Below are positions 56,688 through 64,000 of a stretch of 64,000 nucleotides of DNA, piece after piece. The stretch covers positions 50,147 to 114,146 of the forward strand of contig CAYPKD010000004.1 in assembly GCA_964411255.1 (NCBI GenBank), written 5' to 3'. Below the pieces are notes generated by a model. That model saw only the letters and a program-made list of their open reading frames with translations. It ran no database searches and was not told where the DNA came from. Position 1 is the stretch's first letter. Every line of letters starts with the position of its first letter. The position numbers were made by a program, and so were the translations under genes. The stretch is from an uncultured Gammaproteobacteria bacterium. GTDB taxonomy: Bacteria > Patescibacteriota > Patescibacteriia > UBA11705 > DATKZF01.

Positions 56688-56996
56688 CTATAGCATTTTT
56701 TCTGCATACACTTCAGAAGCTGACTTTGCAATTATTGGATTGGTAAAACCTGTTCTTCTTATTTTTTGTACAAACGGATAGGTATTTGGCACTCTTCCAG
56801 GCACACAGCAATCCATTACCATAAAATCAAAATTTTGATCTTGGTCAAAAATTTTCTCAGCATCTACTAAATTATTAGCCCAAATTACATCTGCCCTGTC
56901 TGCAACTGTAGTCTGCCAAAAATCAACCAGCGTATCTTCATCCTCAACCACAAAAATTCGAGCCTTTTTCAAATCTGGCGCCCTCCTTTTCACCAA
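56688..56996 (-). CDS. Stand-alone response-regulator receiver (REC) domain protein
   Basis: RIFVVEDEDTL...FDFMVMDCCVPG (phospho-acceptor Asp region)...IIAKSA. Confidence 0.65.
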   Translation of the reverse strand: MVKRRAPDLKKARIFVVEDEDTLVDFWQTTVADRADVIWANNLVDAEKIFDQDQNFDFMVMDCCVPGRVPNTYPFVQKIRRTGFTNPIIAKSASEVYAEKML

Positions 56997-57132
56997 TCAA
57001 AACGTGCCAATATATATGGCACAGACAATAAAAATAGAATAACATATTTTTTCACTCGTTGTCAAGACTAAAAGCAACTACTTGAATTTTTTCGACAAAT
57101 ATACTAGAATAAATAATCAAAAAGGAGGGAAC

Positions 57133-57501
57133 ATGCAGTCCTTTACAAAACGCCTAAAAGCAATATTTTCACAGCGCGATCCGCCAAAAGAAAAATTAGC
57201 TGATAAAAGAGTGGCTAAATGGATTGAAAAAAGAAAAAAGCATTTTGATACGACTAAAAAAGAGGTAGAAAAATTAATTGAAAAATATCAATTGCAGCCA
57301 GATGGCAAACCAATTGAATATGCCTTAATGGATCTACCACCGCTGATTAATGGTGTAATACCAAATACAATTTGTATTTTAATTGTTAATGCTGAGAACT
57401 TTGAAACAATTGTAAAAGGTGAAAATGTAAAAGATATAGATATGCTATTTCCTGATAAAAAAATTTTTGCCCAAGATCAAATCAAGAATTTTTTCATTTA
57501 A
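57133..57501 (+). CDS. Hypothetical protein (start MQSFTKR after SD AAGGAGGG)
   Basis: ORF with a good SD. Confidence 0.45.
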   Translation: MQSFTKRLKAIFSQRDPPKEKLADKRVAKWIEKRKKHFDTTKKEVEKLIEKYQLQPDGKPIEYALMDLPPLINGVIPNTICILIVNAENFETIVKGENVKDIDMLFPDKKIFAQDQIKNFFI

Positions 57502-57772
57502 AGTTGGATGGCTTCGGATCTATACAGATACCAATTTCAATGCCAGTGACTTTTATACAAGCTTATGGAATAACCTAAATCATACTTTCAAGGAATATCA
57601 GGGTAAAGTAGTGAAAATGGATGACTTTATTAAATATATCAAAAACAATATTGGACTGTATTATGATGTGATTTTTGACAAAAAGCTTATTCTTATATCA
57701 ATTAACTACAGAGCTCTTGAACCGGAAAAACAAGTTACTTTAATTTATCCAAAAAAACAAGCAGATTCATAA
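57467..57772 (+). CDS. Hypothetical protein
   Basis: ORF of 101 aa overlapping the previous 3' end. Weak. Confidence 0.3.
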   Translation: MPKIKSRIFSFKVGWLRIYTDTNFNASDFYTSLWNNLNHTFKEYQGKVVKMDDFIKYIKNNIGLYYDVIFDKKLILISINYRALEPEKQVTLIYPKKQADS

Positions 57773-57781
57773 TCTGCTTTT

Positions 57782-58156
57782 TTATATTCTGCCTTTTAAA
57801 AAAACATTCAATCGCATAAAGGAATTTTTCTCTCCTGCGATATATTGTATCAAGGCAATTAAATCCTGAAATCTTCTATCAATTTGAATCCGGCGCACTT
57901 TATTTGACGAACGTCGAAAACTTCTTCCTCGTTGAGCCTCAATATCTTCAATTAATATTTTTAAATCTTTTTCTCCGTTAAATCTAAGACCGGGAATGGT
58001 ATTAAATACTGGCTGTTCTCCAAGTAAATATCTAAGTAATGAAATGCAATCATTTATTCTAACCTGGAACTGATCTATTTTACTACCTGATATTGGTTTT
58101 CTCAAAGCCAACTTAAACTTATTATATAGTTCTAAAAGTTCTGGTCTTGTCTTCAT
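57782..58156 (-). CDS. Hypothetical protein
   Basis: ORF of 124 aa with SD AAGGAGGAG. Confidence 0.45.
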   Translation of the reverse strand: MKTRPELLELYNKFKLALRKPISGSKIDQFQVRINDCISLLRYLLGEQPVFNTIPGLRFNGEKDLKILIEDIEAQRGRSFRRSSNKVRRIQIDRRFQDLIALIQYIAGEKNSFMRLNVFLKGRI

Positions 58157-58274
58157 TTCACTCCTCCTTTGTGATATTATTTTTTATCAAATATTTTCAA
58201 ATCAGTCAACTTGACAAAATGTAAGAAATATTTTAAAATACTATCATTCAATATTCCAAACCCACTACTAAGGA

Positions 58275-58544
58275 GTGAAAATGAACAGTCACCTTTCTGA
58301 AGCACAGCATCATGTTGATCTAGGAGAAACCGATACTTATATAAAATGTGAATATTGTCATAATTCATTGCCCAGTCATCATGCTGACTGTCCTCAGGTT
58401 ACTAAAAAATTTCAAGAATGGAAAAAAGGGTTGAATATTGGCAGAAATGGCATAACTATGCCAAAAAATCTTAATCCTACTGCACAGGTCGGCTGGCATA
58501 TAGGAAACATAATGCTTGATCCGAAAAATATTGCAAGAAACTAA
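58275..58544 (+). CDS. Small Cys/His-rich protein
   Basis: SD AAGGAG. CEYCHNSLPSHHADCPQ. Terminator CTCTTCTGACATTCAGAAGAG plus T6 at 58548-58577. Confidence 0.45.
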   Translation: MKMNSHLSEAQHHVDLGETDTYIKCEYCHNSLPSHHADCPQVTKKFQEWKKGLNIGRNGITMPKNLNPTAQVGWHIGNIMLDPKNIARN

Positions 58545-58861
58545 ACTCTTCTGACATTCAGAAGAGTTTTTTATTGACTTATTAAAATGTATATGCAAAA
58601 ATTTAAATAGGCCTGTTATTGCAGAGTATTTCAGGTCTTCATACTCTAACACTCTTGCGGAAAGGAAAACGACCATGCTGAAAGTAGCAAGAGACAATCC
58701 TTATGACGGTTAAATAATCGTCAAGGAACATCAGATGGATTTGATTCAATCCTTGGGCTGCGCCTAGCCGATCAAGGAATTTTAAAAATTTTTAACTCTC
58801 AAGTGGCGCATTGAGAGTTTTATATTTGACAAATTTTTAATTTTATGAAAAAATTTAAATG

Positions 58862-59110
58862 GAGGGGGGTAGTCCAAGGTGGGACGTCAATCAACCGTAC
58901 AACAGTAGCGTCCACGAAAACCTTAAACAGTAAAGGAGTGAATGATGGATCACTTCAACATCGTCGGACGACCTGCGCCTGGAGACGACCCTTACGAGAC
59001 CCCTAGCCTCAGGCTTTGAAAATTGACTTTTGGCTGCTTTTAAGCCGACCCTTGTCTTTTCAAAGCGACGTTGAACTCCTACTGACATTCAGTAGGAGTT
59101 CAAATTTTTT
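58862..59110 (+). ncRNA. Candidate structured small RNA (about 250 nt, about 48% GC) with its own promoter and terminator
   Basis: TTGACA at 58826, transcript start near GGGGGG. Internal stems GTGGGACG/CGTCCAC and GCTTTGAAAAttGAC/GTCttTTCAAAGC. Terminator CTCCTACTGACATTCAGTAGGAG plus T6. No convincing ORF. Confidence 0.35.
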
Positions 59111-59113
59111 AAA

Positions 59114-59560
59114 TTATTTTTTCATTTTAAAAAACAACCAATTCTTATCCCTGAACTTTATCAATGCATACTTCCCCTTTAATTTTCTGCCTTTTATTTC
59201 AATAATATATTTTTTTTCTTTTTTCTCATCTAACATTTTGTATCTTCCTCTGTCCCAAACTTTTACCTCACCTGCGCCATACTCTCCTTTTGGAATCGTT
59301 CCCTTCCAATATGCATAATCAAGCGGATGATCTTCAGTTTGGACTGCTAATCTTTTTAATCCCACCTTTTTCGGTGGTTTTTTTGGAATGGCAAAAGATT
59401 TTAAAACACCGTCTTTTTCCAATCTTAAATCCCAATGCAAATTTCTGGCATGATGCTCCTGAATTGAATAAATATCTCCAGTTTTTGACTTTTTTACCAC
59501 TGGTTTTGGTTCAGGAGTTTTAGTAAATTTTCTTTTCTTTTTATATTGTGTTAAAGACAT
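59114..59560 (-). CDS. Stand-alone LigD-type 3'-phosphoesterase (PE) domain protein
   Basis: YSIQEHHARNLHWDLRLEKDGVLKSFAIPKKPP...RLAVQTEDHPLDYAYWKGTIPKGEYGAGEVKVWDRGRY matches the LigD PE domain. Confidence 0.8.
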   Translation of the reverse strand: MSLTQYKKKRKFTKTPEPKPVVKKSKTGDIYSIQEHHARNLHWDLRLEKDGVLKSFAIPKKPPKKVGLKRLAVQTEDHPLDYAYWKGTIPKGEYGAGEVKVWDRGRYKMLDEKKEKKYIIEIKGRKLKGKYALIKFRDKNWLFFKMKK

Positions 59561-59563
59561 AGA

Positions 59564-60262
59564 TTATTTTAACAAGCCAATTATATTTCCTATCAATAGT
59601 CCTATTAAATACGCAAAGGCAGAAACTGCGGCCCCAATAACAAGCATTTCAAGTCCGCTCTTTGACTTGTCTATTTCTGTTAATTGGCCCTTATAATATC
59701 CTAGAATAAATAAACTTAAACAAGCTAAAATGATTGAAAGAATTATTCCATAACCAACTGGCAGAAAAAAGTATGGCAGAACAGGAACAATTCCACCAAT
59801 TATATATGAAAAAAACATATATACAGAATTTTTAAATGGCTTTTCATACTTACCCATTACAATTCCCAATTCCTTATGGGCTATTTCCTCTAAAAGCAAT
59901 TTTTCATCTTTCATCACATGATTAACCATTTTCTTTATCTCATCATCATGATATCCTCTTTTTTTATAAAATTTAATTAAATCTTCCCTTTTTGCTTCAG
60001 GATCCTTTTGGATCTCATCTAATTCTTCTTTTAATAATTTTTCTTGGGCTTGTCTTTCAGATTTTGAAGATAAATATGTACCAGCTCCCATTGATAAAGC
60101 TTCAACTAAAACAACAATGATTCCAGACAGAATTATAACTGCCCTATTATTTGTACCGCCGGCAATCCCAGTTAAAACTCCCAAAGTTGAGATTAATCCA
60201 TCCTCAACTCCAAAAACCACCTGTCGTATTTGTCCAAAAACTTTTTGTGAAAACTTTTTCAT
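59564..60262 (-). CDS. VIT1/CCC1-family Fe/Mn transporter
   Basis: VFGVEDGLISTLGVLTGIAGG...LVEALSMGAGTYLSSKSE signature. Confidence 0.8.
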   Translation of the reverse strand: MKKFSQKVFGQIRQVVFGVEDGLISTLGVLTGIAGGTNNRAVIILSGIIVVLVEALSMGAGTYLSSKSERQAQEKLLKEELDEIQKDPEAKREDLIKFYKKRGYHDDEIKKMVNHVMKDEKLLLEEIAHKELGIVMGKYEKPFKNSVYMFFSYIIGGIVPVLPYFFLPVGYGIILSIILACLSLFILGYYKGQLTEIDKSKSGLEMLVIGAAVSAFAYLIGLLIGNIIGLLK

Positions 60263-60316
60263 ATTTTTATTTTTTATTTTATTAAAAAACTCCCACTATC
60301 TTTATAGTAAGAGTTT

Positions 60317-61633
60317 TTACTGCTTCACGCAAGTAGTGATGCGTATAAGCAACTCATCCAAAAAGCGCTCAGCCTCAGCAAAAGAATCTGCTACCATTAC
60401 ACATTGTATTTTGCCGCCTTTATAATCAGCTTCTTCGTTCTTGTTCAGCAGCCCAGGATTATAAAAGGCAACTCCTTTTTTATTTTGTTGATCAAAAAGA
60501 ATCCCTGTACAAAGTTCGAGTAACCTGGAAAAAGGCATGTCACATAAATTCTTATGATTCATATCAATACCATAAATTACTTTGTCCAAAACTCCCTGAA
60601 CTCTGGCAAATTCCCTGATAAAAGTAACTCCGCCCTTTCGAGCATTAGCTTCAATCCAGGTTAATGTGTGTCTGCCATTCCTAAAAACAATAACTGTATC
60701 AAACCCAATATCGCCCTCATGATCTAACCGATTATATTCCCGTGCAAATTCCATTCCCTCTTCCAGCATCTGGGCTTTATTGTATACTGGGATTCTAGCC
60801 GGGTATATTGCTCCGCCATATGTCCGGATATCACCAATCAAAATCTGTTCCCAGGGTCCAGGTAAGGGCATTACTTTGCCATTAACCATAAAATGAATTG
60901 ATGGCGACACCTCAACTCCAGCCAGCCATTCTTCTACCACTCCAGAATTAAACTGAATTCGGTCATAGAATCTTTTTACTTTGTCCTGCCATCCAGCTGA
61001 GCTGTCAAATCTAAAATTTTCAGTTGAGCTGGCGCCTTTATCTTCTTTCATTACGACTTGTTTTGCTCCTTTTCGAAAAAGCAATTTAGAAGCATCTATT
61101 ACTTCTTTTACATCTTGTAAAAATTCTTCTCCATCAGCGACTTTCACACCAATTTCCTTGGCAATTGTTCTGAAATTACTTTTTCTACCATTTCGTTCAT
61201 TTGATGCTCTGCCAAGTATTTTATATCCTGTTTCCTGGGCAAATCTTTCTTCAAAATCACTAACAATAAATACATCGAACAGAGCCTCAGCTGGATCAGC
61301 CAATGACATCAGGTGATGTAGGGTTGCACTGTCTGCTAATAGCTTTTCACCTAAATGCTTTCCGTCAGCCTTTGGCACAATAAAAATTTCATGCAAATTT
61401 TCATTGCCATATCCCAGATAATTTCTTCTATATTCCAAATAACTATTTGGCGGCATTGAGGATAATAAGAATATTGACTGTCCTTCTAAAGGAGCTACAT
61501 GTAATACTCTTTTTTCATAATTTTGTATTCCAGGAATGTGTTTCCAATTTGGTTCAGACATAAAATGTCCGAATATGTTTGGGTGATGTATGGCACTCAC
61601 GACTACCTCCTGTCGTGTTAGCTTGAACCTCAA
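60317..61633 (-). CDS. Hypothetical protein, possibly an ATP-grasp-like ligase
   Basis: 438 aa. Function uncertain. GC above the local background. Confidence 0.4.
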   Translation of the reverse strand: MRFKLTRQEVVVSAIHHPNIFGHFMSEPNWKHIPGIQNYEKRVLHVAPLEGQSIFLLSSMPPNSYLEYRRNYLGYGNENLHEIFIVPKADGKHLGEKLLADSATLHHLMSLADPAEALFDVFIVSDFEERFAQETGYKILGRASNERNGRKSNFRTIAKEIGVKVADGEEFLQDVKEVIDASKLLFRKGAKQVVMKEDKGASSTENFRFDSSAGWQDKVKRFYDRIQFNSGVVEEWLAGVEVSPSIHFMVNGKVMPLPGPWEQILIGDIRTYGGAIYPARIPVYNKAQMLEEGMEFAREYNRLDHEGDIGFDTVIVFRNGRHTLTWIEANARKGGVTFIREFARVQGVLDKVIYGIDMNHKNLCDMPFSRLLELCTGILFDQQNKKGVAFYNPGLLNKNEEADYKGGKIQCVMVADSFAEAERFLDELLIRITTCVKQ

Positions 61634-61828
61634 GGAACATGTCAGCTATTTAATTAAAAATAGCCATCGCAGCTGATGACTATGAAAGTATAAAAGCAAG
61701 CTTTAGCCATCAACTACCAGGGCTATTAATAAAAATAGCAGATATTGCGGAGTAATTGTTTATATGCAAATTTGTCATAAATTATATCTTATACTTTAAA
61801 AGTAGTCAATATTTTTAGATGTTAAAAA

Positions 61829-62395
61829 TTATTCATTTACTTGCTGCTCAGCCTCAATTATTGCCTGCTTTATCTCTACTGGAAATCTTTTGCTAAATTC
61901 TGTGACAAAATCAGCTGGGAACTCTCTTAATTCAATTAAATCCTTACCTTTCAGCTCAGCAAAAAACCAAATTAATTGTTTACTTTTCGGATCTTCTATT
62001 AATAGAAGCCCCGCATCTTCTGGAATTGGTTTTAAATTCGGATAAAATCTACCAACTGGAACTGATTTAATATCTTTTAATATAATCTCTTTTTTTACAT
62101 TTTCTAATTCAAAATGTGGCTTTCCTTCATATTTTTCTGCTTCTCGAATATGCTGCCATTCCAAAGCGACCTGAGCTCTAGGATCATCGTGCTCAACCAA
62201 ATATGGAAGTTTACCTAGCACAGCATCAGGCTCTTTTTTATATTCCCAGACTCTCCAAAACCATTGAATGTTCTTCTTCTCTTCAGGAGTTAATTTCTTT
62301 TTTTCAGTTTTCTCACCTTTAATAACCTTAAAGTGTCTGGGTTTATCAGGTTGTTCTCCAAAATCTAGTGGAATTTGCTCAACATTTTGAACCAT
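61829..62395 (-). CDS. Hypothetical protein
   Basis: ORF of 188 aa. Confidence 0.45.
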   Translation of the reverse strand: MVQNVEQIPLDFGEQPDKPRHFKVIKGEKTEKKKLTPEEKKNIQWFWRVWEYKKEPDAVLGKLPYLVEHDDPRAQVALEWQHIREAEKYEGKPHFELENVKKEIILKDIKSVPVGRFYPNLKPIPEDAGLLLIEDPKSKQLIWFFAELKGKDLIELREFPADFVTEFSKRFPVEIKQAIIEAEQQVNE

Positions 62396-62398
62396 ATT

Positions 62399-63313
62399 TT
62401 ATAATGAATTGCCAAAAGGAATATTATCCAGGGTTGATTGGTCAACAAAAGTTAAATTTGCCCAGCTATATCCTAATGAAAATAATTTTTCTGCAGATCG
62501 GATGTGATGTTTGGTTCCTTTTTGGATTAAAAATACGCGTGTATCAGTATAACTTCTGAGTACTTTCCCTTCATATGACTTGCTGCCTGAAGCAGGATGC
62601 GAATTTATGTCTTTAAGGCTTGTTCCATGCTGAATTTCTTCATCTTTTGAATATCCATCTTTATCTGCATCACTCCAGCCAGAATGCCTGATGTCTTTAT
62701 GCGTAAATATTGCTATCTGATTACCTCTTTGCTGATCTCCATAATTCAAATCATGGATGGCTTCCATCATTTCATCATAGCCGTAACGCCAGTCATGCCC
62801 ATGAATTGTGCCTGGCTCATTAGTTATAAATTGCCTTCGGTTATCATCATAACCTTTTATTATTACAACATGATAAATTGGACCAGCACCTTGAAAATTT
62901 GGATTGTGTAACCCTCTTCCATACACTGGCACTAAAACCGGCTGATTATTATCAATTTCATTTTTTATAGCAATCAAGCTCGGGTTTTTTTTTGTATCTG
63001 CTTCAAATGGAAAGTAATTATTTATAATATGAGTCATCTGATGAGCATTGGTATCTTTATTATATCCCCAAAGTTTATTTTCAATATTAACAATGTCTAA
63101 AATCTCACTTTTGGGATTATTAATATGTGTATTGCCTTTATAATAATTATCTAGCATAACAGTTGCAGATTCCTCGCAGGCTTCATCAAACGGCGCATAC
63201 CAGCCGTCTGGCGCCTGAACAGTAAAAGGCACGTTTATATTCTTAATATTACCTGCAAATACTGGCAAAGCCATTAAAAAAAATATTATACTAAAAATTG
63301 TAATTTTTTTCAT
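62399..63313 (-). CDS. Secreted papain-fold peptidase C39-like (BtrH/Peptidase_C39_2-like) protein
   Basis: Signal peptide. Candidate catalytic Cys (FDEACEESATVMLD) and His (IYHVVIIKGYDD). Confidence 0.45.
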   Translation of the reverse strand: MKKITIFSIIFFLMALPVFAGNIKNINVPFTVQAPDGWYAPFDEACEESATVMLDNYYKGNTHINNPKSEILDIVNIENKLWGYNKDTNAHQMTHIINNYFPFEADTKKNPSLIAIKNEIDNNQPVLVPVYGRGLHNPNFQGAGPIYHVVIIKGYDDNRRQFITNEPGTIHGHDWRYGYDEMMEAIHDLNYGDQQRGNQIAIFTHKDIRHSGWSDADKDGYSKDEEIQHGTSLKDINSHPASGSKSYEGKVLRSYTDTRVFLIQKGTKHHIRSAEKLFSLGYSWANLTFVDQSTLDNIPFGNSL

Positions 63314-63325
63314 AAAAATTAGACT

Positions 63326-63949
63326 TTAAATACTTGATTCTATATTTTCCTCCACTTGTTTAATTAATACTTCAATTTCCTTATCTTTTACAATATATTG
63401 CAAAAGCCTGGTTACTTCTTCAACTGCATTTGTATTTGCCTTTTCCAATAATTCCTGGGTGTTAGCTGCCTGCTCAGCTTGTTTTGTTAGCTCAGTCAAA
63501 GCCTGATTATAGCCATCATCACTATCAAGTACTCTTTTTAAAATACCCTGTTTATTTTTTACATCAATCGGACCTACCAATCTGGTATTAAATATTTCTG
63601 CAGGAGCCAATGAAACAACCACTTTTGTTGATTTTACTTCAATATCTTCTTCTGCAAGCTTTTGCAAATCCACGCCTAAATTCACTTCCATATTTCCCCT
63701 GGCTTCAATGCTCTGACCAAACAGAAGATCTTTCCAAGTGCCCTCTTTATTTTCTATCAATATCGGTTCATTAAAAACATAAGTCTGCGTTACTAAAAAA
63801 CCGCGCGCATGAAGAGTTGTTAAAATGACATCAGCAGTCACTTTTCGCTCTGACTTTTCTGGCTTTGCAATGGACCAGCCAAGGTACATTGCGCCTCCAA
63901 TGATTGCAATAACAGCGATAATTATTAAAATTACTTTTAATTTTTTCAT
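63326..63949 (-). CDS. Membrane-anchored DUF4230-like protein
   Basis: N-terminal TM plus a soluble domain. 207 aa. Confidence 0.45.
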   Translation of the reverse strand: MKKLKVILIIIAVIAIIGGAMYLGWSIAKPEKSERKVTADVILTTLHARGFLVTQTYVFNEPILIENKEGTWKDLLFGQSIEARGNMEVNLGVDLQKLAEEDIEVKSTKVVVSLAPAEIFNTRLVGPIDVKNKQGILKRVLDSDDGYNQALTELTKQAEQAANTQELLEKANTNAVEEVTRLLQYIVKDKEIEVLIKQVEENIESSI

Positions 63950-64000
63950 ACTTTATCCTTTATTTGATAAATATATATTGGAATTTGATCTTTTGCTGGT

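Noticed and set aside
58891-59088. 65-aa minus-strand ORF inside the sRNA candidate
   Set aside because: It has no start context and sits in a region with promoter and terminator on the other strand.
58862-59110. tmRNA, SRP RNA or RNase P identity for the GC-rich transcript
   Set aside because: No tRNA-like acceptor/T-arm (GGTTCGAnTCC...CCA), no AGGAAAGTCC-type RNase P motif, and no SRP domain IV motif are visible. It is kept as an unclassified sRNA candidate.

Overview
This is a 64 kb segment of a low-GC (about 30%) bacterial chromosome, with sigma70-type TTGACA/TATAAT promoters, Shine-Dalgarno sites and hairpin-plus-T-run terminators. An outer-membrane-like beta-barrel with a C-terminal Phe suggests a diderm envelope. 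Almost all genes lie on the minus strand.

Recognisable content:
- Housekeeping: fmt (3' part), YhaM-like exoribonuclease, AMMECR1, a SpoU-type methylase, queA, prs, rfbC, rpmG, tRNA-Trp, tRNA-Thr, a 2-Cys peroxiredoxin, a VIT1/CCC1 transporter, a standalone LigD phosphoesterase domain, two tandem YfiH/PgeF proteins, and an ECF sigma factor next to a membrane-anchored VWA protein.
- Two glycan-biosynthesis clusters: 6.1-11.1 kb (O-antigen-ligase-like, GT2, GT4) and 35.8-46.0 kb (GT4, GT4, GT2, DUF2304 with a DPM1-like GT2, a UXS-like epimerase, a GT-C).

The main feature is a family of 12 intact paralogs plus one 5' remnant (12.5-22.5 kb in tandem, and a pair at 39.2-41.2 kb).
- All share a near-identical N-terminal module of about 65 aa (QSLESQLKMARPKRAEVKRVPLTPEEKEFLGEIMDKAVAAEKAGELQEALNLYTDYKNELLKIKE), conserved at nucleotide level as well.
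- This module is fused to sharply divergent C-termini: 20-aa LPxNLxVxGxLxL LRR-like repeats, WG-like beta repeats, or a helical domain.
- The module resembles a ribbon-helix-helix (RVPLTPEEK) fold.
- A dispersed dyad-symmetric element of about 70-100 nt, with a covarying central hairpin, sits 45-100 nt upstream of several family members and other genes; in three copies a conserved TTGNNT promoter-like box lies between the element and the start codon.

Other notable items:
- A Major Vault Protein homolog in a 45-50% GC island.
- A presenilin/SPP-like (A22) intramembrane protease.
- Three pentapeptide-repeat proteins.
- Several GC-rich islands.
- Two candidate structured noncoding RNAs.

No CRISPR array, rRNA or recognisable IS/transposase was seen.
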